Of a stretch of DNA of 64,000 nt, positions 30,036 through 39,684 are shown piece after piece; position 1 is the stretch's first letter, and each line of letters opens with the position of its first letter. Origin of the DNA: Candidatus Latescibacterota bacterium (GTDB lineage Bacteria; Latescibacterota; UBA2968; GCA-2709665); NCBI GenBank assembly GCA_965116875.1, contig OZ220733.1, positions 5,088,001 through 5,152,000 on the forward strand. Reading direction: 5' to 3'. A program made the position numbers and the translations under genes. The notes below the pieces were generated by a model. That model was not told the origin of the DNA. It saw nothing but the letters and a program-made list of their open reading frames with translations, and made no database searches.

Positions 30036-30575
30036 CTATTCCTGAAGCTGTTTCACCTTACGCCTCATTTCTTTGATGCCCGGGGCGTTGTCCACCTGCA
30101 CGTACAGCCGGTGCGCTTCTACAAAAGCATGCAGGGCTTCATCGCTCTTCCCCATACGCTCGAGCAGCATGGCGAAGCCGCGGAGCGCATTCGCCAGCGA
30201 ATGGACGGGGGCCGGATCGAGATTCCGGTACGTCTCAATTGCCGATCTGTAGTCGCGCTCCGCTCCTTCCCGGTCGCCGAGGTCCCGGCGAACGTCCGCG
30301 ACGTGACGCAGCGAGTGGGCCATTTTCTCGGCGTGGTTTCCGGCCACGTAGTGGTTGTATCCTTCGAGGTAAAAGTGGAGGGCCTGTTCACGGTTTCCGT
30401 GGTCCCTCTCGAACTGGCCGTATACGTGCGCCACCCTGCCCAGGGATTCGTGGTCGTCTTCCCGGCACAGCTTTGCCGCCTCCGCCACAAGCCGCCTTCC
30501 CCGTTCGGTATCCGACGCCCCCCTTGTCTTCCAGGCCTCGTCCAGCAACCGTGCGATTCTCTGCTTTCCTGACAT
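30036..30575 (-). CDS. Tetratricopeptide repeat protein
   Basis: Helical repeats AHSLRHVADVRRDLG, LANALRGFAMLLERMG. Confidence 0.75.
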   Translation of the reverse strand: MSGKQRIARLLDEAWKTRGASDTERGRRLVAEAAKLCREDDHESLGRVAHVYGQFERDHGNREQALHFYLEGYNHYVAGNHAEKMAHSLRHVADVRRDLGDREGAERDYRSAIETYRNLDPAPVHSLANALRGFAMLLERMGKSDEALHAFVEAHRLYVQVDNAPGIKEMRRKVKQLQE

Positions 30576-30600
30576 TGGATGCCTCTGTTTCTGTCGATTC

Positions 30601-31347
30601 CTACCGCTTCTTCGGCGTGTAGAACAGCAGGGTTCCGATCTGTTGGTATCCGACTGCAGAATACAGCATCGCGCCGGTGTGGGTCGCGGTCAGGACGGCC
30701 AGTTGAGAACCGTGCGACCGATCGTCACGAAGCATTCTGCACATCAACGCCCTTCCGATGCCCCGACGCCGGGCGGCGGGCGCCACGTGCATGTTCGAAC
30801 ACCACGTTGCCGAGTCCACGACGATGCTCTGAACCCACCCCACGGGCTGGTCATTTTCGAGCGCGACGTATTGCCTCAGCGGAGCGTCGGGCAAGAGATG
30901 CTCCGGCAGAATCTGTCGGATTCGTGTCGTCTTGTTCAATCGGTCCGCCATCTCGGCGGTGAGGACACGTTCGATGGGCAGGGGATCCGCGAGACGCGGG
31001 ATCCGCCGCAGCCGGTGCACCATGACGGGCTCCGTCGAATTCAGTCGATAGTCGAGCGCCTTGAAGTCCGCCCGCATGCCGGCGCCGGACTCCCCTGTTG
31101 CGCAGATCGCGCAGATTCCGAACTGCCCACGCGTGTGTTTTCGGGCAACCCGGTCGATCTCTCCTGCCTCAACGCCGTGGGCGATCCACTCCTCGCGGCG
31201 GTACGTGCCGCGTTTTCTGGGCGCGTCCCTCACCACCCAGATCGCGCACTCCCTGCTTGCAGGATAGGGGTGCGTAAAGCTTCTTGTAAAGGAATAGCCG
31301 CGCGCGAAAACCTCCAGCGCCCGCTGCATGAGCACGTTCTCCGGCAT
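30601..31347 (-). CDS. GNAT family acetyltransferase
   Basis: MHVAPAARRRGIGRALM acetyl-CoA motif, GAMLYSAVGY. Confidence 0.85.
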   Translation of the reverse strand: MPENVLMQRALEVFARGYSFTRSFTHPYPASRECAIWVVRDAPRKRGTYRREEWIAHGVEAGEIDRVARKHTRGQFGICAICATGESGAGMRADFKALDYRLNSTEPVMVHRLRRIPRLADPLPIERVLTAEMADRLNKTTRIRQILPEHLLPDAPLRQYVALENDQPVGWVQSIVVDSATWCSNMHVAPAARRRGIGRALMCRMLRDDRSHGSQLAVLTATHTGAMLYSAVGYQQIGTLLFYTPKKR

Positions 31348-31561
31348 AAATCGGCGCCTCCCGTAACTTGTTATAATATAGCAGGCTGCAATTTGCAGGC
31401 ATACAAAAAAAGCTGGACGTGCGATCCAGTAGCCCTTAGTTTTCGTTGGCAGCGAAACAAACTTGCGGTCACGCTGCCATTGCCCGCCCAACCGCGGACC
31501 ACGATACCGTTCTGGTGACGTATTTCGAAGCCCCGCGAGAACTCGAAACCCGGTTCAACTT

Positions 31562-32095
31562 ATGCGAAGCAAATCGTCCGCGACCTCCCGGGAATCCCGT
31601 CCGCATCCGGCCCGGCAAGGCGCGTCCCGATTCCGTGCCGGCGATCGCCTGGGCGTTGTCTCAGACTCCCACGGACTCCTCAGACCACAGGTCATAGAAC
31701 TCCTTCAGGACGTCCGGGCGGTCATCCACGCCGGCGACGTCGGAAAATTCTCGGTACTTGAGCAACTGGAATCTGTCGCGCCGGTGTACGCGGTACGAGG
31801 AAACGTCGACCTGGATCCGCCCTGCAGCGACCTGCCCGGGAGTCTTGCGCTTCACGCCGGCGCACAACGGATTCTCGTGACCCACATCCTTGAAGAAGCG
31901 GACGTCGCGGGTTTCGATCTCGTGGTGTGCGGCCATTCTCACGTACCGAAAATAAGCACGATTGGATCGACCCGCTGTCTGAATCCGGGCAGCATCGGGC
32001 CGCGCCGGTTCCGGCTTCCCGTATCGATGGGCTACGTTACGGTTTCCCCTCAGGGAACGCTTGTTCCTGAACTGCGGACCGTTGAGATCGAGTAG
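31562..32095 (+). CDS. Metallophosphoesterase (YfcE/MJ0936 family)
   Basis: VSDSHG, HAGDVG, VRGNVD, GHSHVP, NPGSIG. Confidence 0.92.
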   Translation: MRSKSSATSRESRPHPARQGASRFRAGDRLGVVSDSHGLLRPQVIELLQDVRAVIHAGDVGKFSVLEQLESVAPVYAVRGNVDLDPPCSDLPGSLALHAGAQRILVTHILEEADVAGFDLVVCGHSHVPKISTIGSTRCLNPGSIGPRRFRLPVSMGYVTVSPQGTLVPELRTVEIE

Positions 32096-32170
32096 GTATA
32101 GGCGAAAGAATCTTTGAATTCGACATCCGAACCGGGACTCCAACCCCCCACCGCATCAGCCGTCGCCGGT

Positions 32171-32370
32171 CCCTTCGACACGCTCCGGTCAGCGCCTTCG
32201 ACCCTTCGACAATCCTTCGGCCCTTCGACAGGCTCAGGGACCACAGGCTTGCTTCGACAGGCCACTTCGACAAGCTCAGTGCAAGCAGCACAAGCAGGAC
32301 AACGGCTCAGGGACCACAGGCTCAGTGCAAGCAGCACAAGCAGGGCAAGTCCTCTGGCGGACAGTTGAGG
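32171..32370. repeat. Nested cluster of CCCTTCGACAGGCTCAGG-type extragenic repeats
   Basis: Six CTTCGAC cores; exact direct repeats 32231-32249/32304-32322 and 32274-32298/32320-32344; related copies at 790-806 and 53126-53170. Confidence 0.8.
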
Positions 32371-32422
32371 CCAACGAGTGGCGGATGCACTTCCTATCAA
32401 ACGACGCATGAGGATACCTCAA

Positions 32423-34093
32423 ATGACGAGCGATGCCAGAACGACGGATGGCGCCCATGCAGAATGGGTGATTTCGCGTATGGTCAGGCCTGCCGAGTTG
32501 GAGAATTCCGGGCATATCGCGGAGAGCAAGGGCAAGGGGCCGGAGGTCTGGGCGATGTTCTGCGCGACGATACGCGGCGACCTGGAAGCGATTCAGAGTC
32601 TTGCCGGGCGCAACCCAGACCTGATCCGTTGCGTACACTACTACACCCAACCCATAAAGTTCGCGGTGCGCGAGGGTCACGCGGAGGTCGTCCGCTACCT
32701 CCTGAAAAAGGGCGCCAGTCCTTTCTACCGGACCCGGATTTTTCACGACTCGCTGGTCAACCTGGCGTCCGACCGGGAACACGACCATATCGTGAAAATC
32801 CTGGAAGCAGCCATCAGCGAACGGAGCGGCGGGTACACGCGGGATACGGAACCCCTTGCGAATGAACTCATCGACGCTGTTCGCGCGCGCGATTATGAAA
32901 AAACAGCACATATTGTCCGAAATTCTCCTGAACGGGTCAAATTGAGCAACGCGAACGGGACCACGGCGCTTCACGAGGCGGTTTCGATCGGCGACTTCCA
33001 CCTGACTCGACTGCTCCTGGATAGCGGCGCCGATATTCAGGCGCAGGCCGGCACGGGCTTCAGCACCGGGCAGAAGGCCATCCACGTCGCGCTCTACGCC
33101 GGATGGCGGGACCGGATTCTCATACGCAAGAGAGCGGCGCTGGCGGGCTATCTGGTCGCCCGGGGCTCGGACTACAATATTCTCGTGGCCTCCGCGTTCG
33201 GCGACTCCCGGCGGGTCCGGGAATACCTGGACGCGGAACCATCGCTGGCAAACTTCCGCGACACCTGCGACCGGTTGCCGATTTCCATCGCGGCCAGCCG
33301 GGGCCATCACGACATCGTGGAACTTCTGCTCGAAAGGGGCGCCGATCCAAACGCGCGGGAACCGGACGCACCCCGAGGAAAAGCCCTGCTCGAGGCGGCA
33401 TTCCATGGACACACCGCCACCGCCCGGTTGCTTCTCGAACACGGCGCCGACCCCAACGGCAACGTGGACTCCACCGGCACGGCATTCCACCATGCCAGAA
33501 AGAACCCCGAGCTCTATGAATTGATGAAATCGTACGGCGGCAGGTCGGATATCATCCCCCCGATCAGCGCCGCGGTCAACGCCAACAACCTGGAGGGCGT
33601 TGAGAGAATACTCACCCAAAACCCCGAAGAGATCGCGAACGCGAAACTGGGCAATCCCGCACGGCGCGGCAGGCTGGAAATGGTGAAGCTGCTCCTGAAG
33701 CACGGCGCGACCATGACAGACAAGAACCACGGCTCGTTCTTCCGGGTCTACGAAACGGCGAAATACCTGCTTGAAAACGGGGCCAATCCAAATTACCGGA
33801 ACTGGCAGGGGATCTCTTCCCTCCACTCGGTCGCCCACGAGGGAGACGTCCGGAGAGCCGGTCTACTGCTGGACTACGGCGCGGAGATCAACGCGATCGA
33901 ACCCGAGTACTGTGCGACGCCGCTGGGGCTGGCGTGCCGGGCGGGTCATGCGCCTATGGTGGCGTTTCTCCTCACACGGGGAGCAGACGCCGGCCTGCCG
34001 CACGAACATCCGTGGGCGAGGCCCCTCACCTGGGCGGAAAAGAAAGATCACCCTGAGGTCGCCCGGATTCTTCGGGACCACGGGGCCAGGTAG
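32423..34093 (+). CDS. Ankyrin repeat protein
   Basis: Many TALHxA...LLLxxGADPN repeats; start could be 32378, 32408 or 32423. Confidence 0.9.
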   Translation: MTSDARTTDGAHAEWVISRMVRPAELENSGHIAESKGKGPEVWAMFCATIRGDLEAIQSLAGRNPDLIRCVHYYTQPIKFAVREGHAEVVRYLLKKGASPFYRTRIFHDSLVNLASDREHDHIVKILEAAISERSGGYTRDTEPLANELIDAVRARDYEKTAHIVRNSPERVKLSNANGTTALHEAVSIGDFHLTRLLLDSGADIQAQAGTGFSTGQKAIHVALYAGWRDRILIRKRAALAGYLVARGSDYNILVASAFGDSRRVREYLDAEPSLANFRDTCDRLPISIAASRGHHDIVELLLERGADPNAREPDAPRGKALLEAAFHGHTATARLLLEHGADPNGNVDSTGTAFHHARKNPELYELMKSYGGRSDIIPPISAAVNANNLEGVERILTQNPEEIANAKLGNPARRGRLEMVKLLLKHGATMTDKNHGSFFRVYETAKYLLENGANPNYRNWQGISSLHSVAHEGDVRRAGLLLDYGAEINAIEPEYCATPLGLACRAGHAPMVAFLLTRGADAGLPHEHPWARPLTWAEKKDHPEVARILRDHGAR

Positions 34094-34183
34094 AAATACG
34101 AACTGTACTGTTTGAGGGTTAAGGAGCGCGTTCCGGGGGACCGGATCGACTGCGACTCCCCCGACGCGAAACCATGCGTGCGG

Positions 34184-34903
34184 TCAGGCCGACCCGCGCG
34201 ACGCCCACCACCTGGCGATGGGGAAAGGCGCATAGACCAGGAAAAACATGGCCAGCCCGATGACGTCCAGAAAGACGAGATACCACGGCCACGGCAGAAA
34301 GAAGAAGGGCGAGACCGTTCCCCACGGAGGTGAGGAGAGGTACATGTAATTCGAACCGGAGAGCAGGTTGACAATAGCAGCAACCGCCGCCAGGACGTGC
34401 AGCCAGAGAAATGCGCGGAAGAGCCCGCCCGGAGTCGGCCGCATGTTCAAACCCCAGGTGGCGTACAGGACCCCGGCAACGATTCCCGAGTGTGAGAAGA
34501 AATACTGGATGAACCGGTACTCCGGATAGTCAACTGCCAGATTTCCGGGCGTGATCACCGCGTTCGCCGATCCGGCGAGGCCCCAGAAATAGGCGACCTC
34601 ATAGAGCTTCTGATTGTGAAACAGCAGGGTAAGGGAGGTCAGGAAGGTCGCGACACCACAGAGGTGGAGGGGAAGGAAGTATCGAAGAAAGACACCGGGG
34701 CCGTATCCGGCGACCCGGAAACCCCAGTGGATCAGCTCATTGCCGAGGAGGACGCCCCCCAGAACAAAGCCCACAACGGCCGCGGCGCGTGCGCCAACCC
34801 GCTTCGCCATCAGCGACAGCAGAATCGGCAGGGCCAGCGTCAACGCCATCGCGACGAGGTGCGGGGTGCCAAACGTCTGAAATCCGCCGGTCAACGCGCC
34901 CAT
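34184..34903 (-). CDS. Integral membrane protein (YwaF/TIGR02206-like)
   Basis: FGTPHL, LPLHLC, QYFFSH, SNYMYL...PWPWY. Confidence 0.8.
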   Translation of the reverse strand: MGALTGGFQTFGTPHLVAMALTLALPILLSLMAKRVGARAAAVVGFVLGGVLLGNELIHWGFRVAGYGPGVFLRYFLPLHLCGVATFLTSLTLLFHNQKLYEVAYFWGLAGSANAVITPGNLAVDYPEYRFIQYFFSHSGIVAGVLYATWGLNMRPTPGGLFRAFLWLHVLAAVAAIVNLLSGSNYMYLSSPPWGTVSPFFFLPWPWYLVFLDVIGLAMFFLVYAPFPIARWWASRGSA

Positions 34904-36858
34904 CCCTCGCCCGAGGCCAGGTCTCTTCCCACCCGCCACGTCTCACCCGACGCGTTGACGGTCATCTCCACGCGGTCGTCCCCCGCCCGCAACTCCTCGG
35001 GCAGTTCCGCCGATACTGCCGGCGTACTGGTACCTCGATAGGGATAGATCACGGCCCCGAAAACCGCGGGCGCCTGGCTGTCGAGCGCGAACCGGAATCC
35101 CTTTCGCGGCGTGCGATGGCCGTATTCCCAGGCGAACCAGCCCGTTTCCTCAATCATCGATGCCGGAGACCCGGCCGCCGCCTGTACCAGGACGTTGGCA
35201 TCTTCAAATCGCGTGAACGCCTTGTTTTCCGCGTTGTCGAACGTGACGTCGCCGGGCGCAAGCTGGAAGTGCAGGTCCAGCTGACCCGGCGCAATGCCGA
35301 TCGCCTCGTCGAGCAGAACGAAGAAGCGACGGTCCAGGAACCATACGGAACGACGGTGGATGAGCCCGGGATAGGACCCGTTTTCGACCACCAGCACGTC
35401 TGTGTCCGCCCCCTCGGAGACCCACATGAATTCGCGCGCGTCGTCGGCGATATCCCGGCCGTCCAGCGTCAGGGTCTGGTGAACCGAGGTCTGCCGGTGC
35501 CAGGCACGGGCTTCGTTGTCTCTACCGTAGGTATAGAAGCCCGTATCGTTCATCAGCCAGCGTCCATAGGCGTACAGCTCAAACGTCCCGTTGTCGGGCT
35601 GGTCGTGGCTTGAAATCGCTGGCGGCGAACAGTGCAGCGCCATATGGATCTGATCGGGACCCCAGTCATTGCGCATGACGTAGAAGCCTGCTTCCGAGAA
35701 TGCGCGGCTCTTCTCCTCAGGCAGGGCTTCGCGATTCAGATTCGCCCTTGCCTCGTATTTGGGATCCCCCAGCAATTCCGACGCAGCCACCAGTTCGCCG
35801 TAGAGCGGCCACTTTGTCCGGTCGTCCGTGGCGACCAGAGGACGGGAACCGTCTCCGAACATCGGCGGCGTGAGATCGGGCGACGCGACCCAGAAAATAT
35901 AGTCGTACATCCTCCGCACGCGCTCCAGGAATTCCGGCGAAGCCTGCATGTCGAAGACTTCCAGGCGCGAGAGGATTTCCACGGCGTCGCGCAGGACGCC
36001 CTGGTGATATCCGAACGACCACTCCCTCTGGACGCCGTCGGTCGTTGTCTGCGCCAGGATGTTCTCCTCCACGCGCGCCAGCCCCAGTTCCATCCAGTCG
36101 CGCGCTTCCCTGAACTCGCTGAACGTATAGGCGACGTTGATAAATCCGCGCTGTTCGAACACCGCCTTGTTGTGGATGAGGCCCATGGGAATCAGCGTCG
36201 TTTTTGTCTGATGGTCGTACACACTCGCAAGAAGCACGCCCAGAAACTCCGGCGTGAACGCCTCGGACTGGATCAGCCCGCGAAAAGCCGCGCAGATGTT
36301 CGTGGCCCGGATGCCCGTCTGCAGGTCCAGCCATGCGAATCCCTTCCACCATTTGTATACGGGATGGGTTCTGGTATGTTTTTCGAGCGGATGTTTTGAT
36401 ATCCAGTCGGACGCCAGTTCGACGAATGCCCGCGCGTACTTTTCATCGCTAGATGCCGCGTAGGCGTTTACGAGCGGCGCGGCCCAGTTAAATCGATAGA
36501 CGACGCATACCCACTCGATATCCCCGGGCGGGTCCCACTCCCAGTCGAAATCGTCGCCATATTGCGCCTCGTCGTACGGCCCCCATTGAATGATACGGCG
36601 GCAGATCTTGTCCGCCTCAGTATGATCACCCTCTTCAACCGCCTCCCCCAGCGGAAATTTCGCCCTGTAATAGTCGCGCAACGCGGAGAGGGCGCCCGTC
36701 CTGTCGCCCGCGTCTGCCGCCCGTTTCACGTCTTCCAGACCGGCCGTTGTCAGATCCAGTTTTTCAAGAATGCGATCGGGGTCGAACGACGTCAGCGGCA
36801 TCTCGTGATCGATCTGGTCCGCGCCCGCGGGGCGCTCTACGACGTAAGTCATTTCCAT
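34891..36858 (-). CDS. Heparinase II/III family protein
   Basis: DGVQREWSFGYH, PMFGD, SHDQPDNGTFEL, DTGFYTY, HQTLTLDG. Confidence 0.85.
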   Translation of the reverse strand: MEMTYVVERPAGADQIDHEMPLTSFDPDRILEKLDLTTAGLEDVKRAADAGDRTGALSALRDYYRAKFPLGEAVEEGDHTEADKICRRIIQWGPYDEAQYGDDFDWEWDPPGDIEWVCVVYRFNWAAPLVNAYAASSDEKYARAFVELASDWISKHPLEKHTRTHPVYKWWKGFAWLDLQTGIRATNICAAFRGLIQSEAFTPEFLGVLLASVYDHQTKTTLIPMGLIHNKAVFEQRGFINVAYTFSEFREARDWMELGLARVEENILAQTTTDGVQREWSFGYHQGVLRDAVEILSRLEVFDMQASPEFLERVRRMYDYIFWVASPDLTPPMFGDGSRPLVATDDRTKWPLYGELVAASELLGDPKYEARANLNREALPEEKSRAFSEAGFYVMRNDWGPDQIHMALHCSPPAISSHDQPDNGTFELYAYGRWLMNDTGFYTYGRDNEARAWHRQTSVHQTLTLDGRDIADDAREFMWVSEGADTDVLVVENGSYPGLIHRRSVWFLDRRFFVLLDEAIGIAPGQLDLHFQLAPGDVTFDNAENKAFTRFEDANVLVQAAAGSPASMIEETGWFAWEYGHRTPRKGFRFALDSQAPAVFGAVIYPYRGTSTPAVSAELPEELRAGDDRVEMTVNASGETWRVGRDLASGEGWAR

Positions 36859-36934
36859 TCCCTCGATGACAGGTTAACCTACCGGCGAATCCAATGAACC
36901 GCTTCTTGCCGGATTCCTTCGAAACGCACCTAAA

Positions 36935-37237
36935 TTACGCCCCAGCCGGTGCGATGGCAACACCATTGTTGCGGATTCCTGTGGAAGAGCAACATGGATG
37001 GGCTGGATGAAAACCGGAGAACGCGGTTTCGCGGTCGTTTCCCGGCAGCGGGCGGACGGAGACGCCAGGCGCATTGCGCAGGGCCGGAAATGTCCCTATA
37101 TTGGGCGACGACTCCCGGTTCTCCCACCTGGAAACGGCATGTACACGGATGCAGACGGCGTATCCAGGCTTTCCACGGGTAAGCGCTCTCTGCTTGCGTC
37201 GATCCTGAGTCCGTCGTCCAATTCTACCGGTCTGCAT
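36935..37237 (-). pseudogene. Degenerate XRE-family HTH regulator
   Basis: IGRRTQDRRKQRALT...AVSRWENRESSPNIGTFPAL...GVSV after a GGGAGG RBS; helix-breaking substitutions. Confidence 0.5.
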
Positions 37238-37469
37238 CGTTATTACGCCTCCCTTCCCGCGTGTGTGCGAAACCGCTTTACTTCAAGTCCCTGAACGTCG
37301 AATAAAGCGTAATAGCCCTGACGCCGGTATCGGTGAAGATGAAATTCTGTCAACCCCTGGCTGAGGTTATTGAAGAGCAACGATTGTACGTCCATATCGC
37401 CGTTCTTTGTGTAAATTTGAAAGTAGCACTTGCAAATTGCACTTTATTTCGGTACATTTCGCAATCCTT

Positions 37470-38654
37470 ATGATTGCTCGCGAGATCACAGACAGACTGG
37501 TCGCGTTGTTCCGCCAGTACCCGTTTGTTACTCTGACGGGCCCACGTCAGTCCGGCAAGACGACGCTCTGTCGCGCCGCGTTTCCCCATCTCAAATACGT
37601 CAACCTGGAGGCGCCCGATCAACGCCTGTTCGCCGAAACCGACCCTCGCGGATTTCTCTCGCAGCACGGCGACGGCGTCATTCTGGATGAAATCCAGCGG
37701 GTCCCGCAACTCCTTTCCTACCTTCAGGTCCTCGCCGACGAAAATGGTGGAAACAGTCTTTACGTCCTCACCGGCAGCGAGCAGTTCAGGCTCTCGGATA
37801 CCATCAGCCAGTCACTGGCGGGACGTACGGCGCTGCTGTGCCTGCTGCCGTTCACAGTTGACGAACGGCGTCGCGCGGGAGCCGGCGGCAGTGTCGACGA
37901 CATCCTGTACTCCGGGTTTTATCCACGAATCCACGATCAGAAACTGGAACCGCGGCAGGCGCTGGGCGACTATTTCGAAACCTACGTCGAACGAGACGTG
38001 CGTCGCCTCGGTGAAATCCGCAACCTCAGCAGTTTTCGTCGATTCGCGCGCCTGTGCGCCGGGCGCGTGGGGCAACTGCTGAATGTCTCATCATTGGGCG
38101 CCGACGCGGGCGTTTCCCATACCACGGCGCGTGAGTGGCTGTCAATTCTCGAGGCCAGCTACGTAGTCTTCCAACTCCCGCCCTTCTTCGCAAATATCCG
38201 CAAGCGCCTGATCAAATCGCCCAAACTCTACTTTTACGACGTGGGATTGGCGAGTTATCTGATCGGAATCGAAAACGCCGGTCAGATCGCGACCCATCCG
38301 CTGCGTGGCGCTCTGTTCGAAAATGCCGTTGTCGCCGAGGCAACAAAGTACTTGTTCAATCGCGGCCGCCGGTCCAATCTGGCCTTTTTCCGCGATATAC
38401 GCGGCCTCGAGTGCGACCTTCTCTATGAAACGGGAGATCGAATTGGCGCCATAGAGGTCAAATCCGGCGCCACCGTCGCATCGGACTTCTTCGATGGACT
38501 GAACCGGATTGCCAGGCTTCTGCCGCAGGTCTCGGACAGGGGACTGGTTTATGGGGGTTCGTTTCGGCAGACCAGAGGAGACGTCGACGTGGTCACGCTG
38601 GACGACATCAGCGACTTGCTACAACGATTCGACAATAGCGAGAAAAACTTATAA
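37470..38654 (+). CDS. AAA+ ATPase (AAA_14 + DUF4143), second paralog
   Basis: GPRQSGKTT, ILDEIQ, SLAGR, YVERDVR, KSPKLYFYDVG, IEVKSG. Confidence 0.92.
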   Translation: MIAREITDRLVALFRQYPFVTLTGPRQSGKTTLCRAAFPHLKYVNLEAPDQRLFAETDPRGFLSQHGDGVILDEIQRVPQLLSYLQVLADENGGNSLYVLTGSEQFRLSDTISQSLAGRTALLCLLPFTVDERRRAGAGGSVDDILYSGFYPRIHDQKLEPRQALGDYFETYVERDVRRLGEIRNLSSFRRFARLCAGRVGQLLNVSSLGADAGVSHTTAREWLSILEASYVVFQLPPFFANIRKRLIKSPKLYFYDVGLASYLIGIENAGQIATHPLRGALFENAVVAEATKYLFNRGRRSNLAFFRDIRGLECDLLYETGDRIGAIEVKSGATVASDFFDGLNRIARLLPQVSDRGLVYGGSFRQTRGDVDVVTLDDISDLLQRFDNSEKNL

Positions 38655-38681
38655 GTAGCTGAAAAAAAAGGATTTGTAATT

Positions 38682-39665
38682 ATGGATTCGATTCGTCTGG
38701 GTCTGGTCGGTTCGGGGGGCATGGCGCACAGCCGCGCGGGCGCGTTCTCGAAAATGCAGGGATACACGCTTAGCGCCCTGGCCGCAAGGAATCCTCAGTC
38801 GGGCGCGGAACTGGCGAGTCGATACGATCTGCCGTTGCTGGGAGATTGGCGGAACCTGATCGACCGTACAGACGTTGACGCGGTCGTGGTCTGCACCAAC
38901 AACGACAGCCATGGCCCAATCGCGCGAGCCAGCCTGGAGGCCGGCAAGCCCGTCTTTCTCGAATACCCTCTCGCGCGACACGTTGACGAAGGGACCGCTC
39001 TGGTCGACCAGGCGCGTTCCACCGGAACGGTGCTGCGCGTAGCCCATCCGGAGGTCGTGTCCGCGTCACATCGGCGGCTCAAGGAGACCGTCGGTTCGCT
39101 GGGCGGACTGTTGCTGGCGCTGTTCGTGCGGCTGACGCCGGGGAAAGGGGCGCGACCGGAGGTGCTGTTCAACGTCCACGCGTCGGGGCCGCCGAGTCTC
39201 TTCTTCGTCTACCATGTGTATCCGGTGGTCGACCTGTTCGGTCCGGCGTCCTGGGTGGAGGGATACGCACACTACGACGGCATGGACAGCAGCGGCACGT
39301 ACGAACGCTTCGTCAATCGCGTCGCCGTCGGAATCGCAGGGGGCGGGACGGCAGAATGGACCTGGGCGGGCGGGATTTCAATCGGAAAGGCCGAACAGGT
39401 TCAGCGATTCGTGCTGGAGGGAGGAACGCTGGTCCACGAGGGTGAAGTCTGGAATATTTCGGCTGCAGACGGCAAAGAGGTATCGCTGCCGCCCGCCGGA
39501 CGGGAGACGTCGCTGGAAGAACTCTTTCTGGAGGAAGTACACCGCAGACGGGATGATTGGCGATCGGACCTGGATACGGCCCTCGAAGCCGTTCGCATCG
39601 GGCTGGGCGCCGAGGAAGCGGCGAACCGCGGCGGCCGCGTACATCTTGGGACCGACGCGTCATGA
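38682..39665 (+). CDS. Gfo/Idh/MocA family oxidoreductase
   Basis: GLVGSGGMA Rossmann motif, DAVVVCT, AGKPVFLEYP. Confidence 0.85.
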   Translation: MDSIRLGLVGSGGMAHSRAGAFSKMQGYTLSALAARNPQSGAELASRYDLPLLGDWRNLIDRTDVDAVVVCTNNDSHGPIARASLEAGKPVFLEYPLARHVDEGTALVDQARSTGTVLRVAHPEVVSASHRRLKETVGSLGGLLLALFVRLTPGKGARPEVLFNVHASGPPSLFFVYHVYPVVDLFGPASWVEGYAHYDGMDSSGTYERFVNRVAVGIAGGGTAEWTWAGGISIGKAEQVQRFVLEGGTLVHEGEVWNISAADGKEVSLPPAGRETSLEELFLEEVHRRRDDWRSDLDTALEAVRIGLGAEEAANRGGRVHLGTDAS

Positions 39666-39684
39666 CGATTAACGGAGACTGAAA

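Noticed and set aside
32171-32370. CRISPR array
   Set aside because: Repeats are overlapping and irregular with no unique spacers of constant length, and there are no cas genes.
32037-32409. Small proteins with LSLSK motifs (also 52993-53199)
   Set aside because: These are translations of the CTTCGAC repeat family, not genes.
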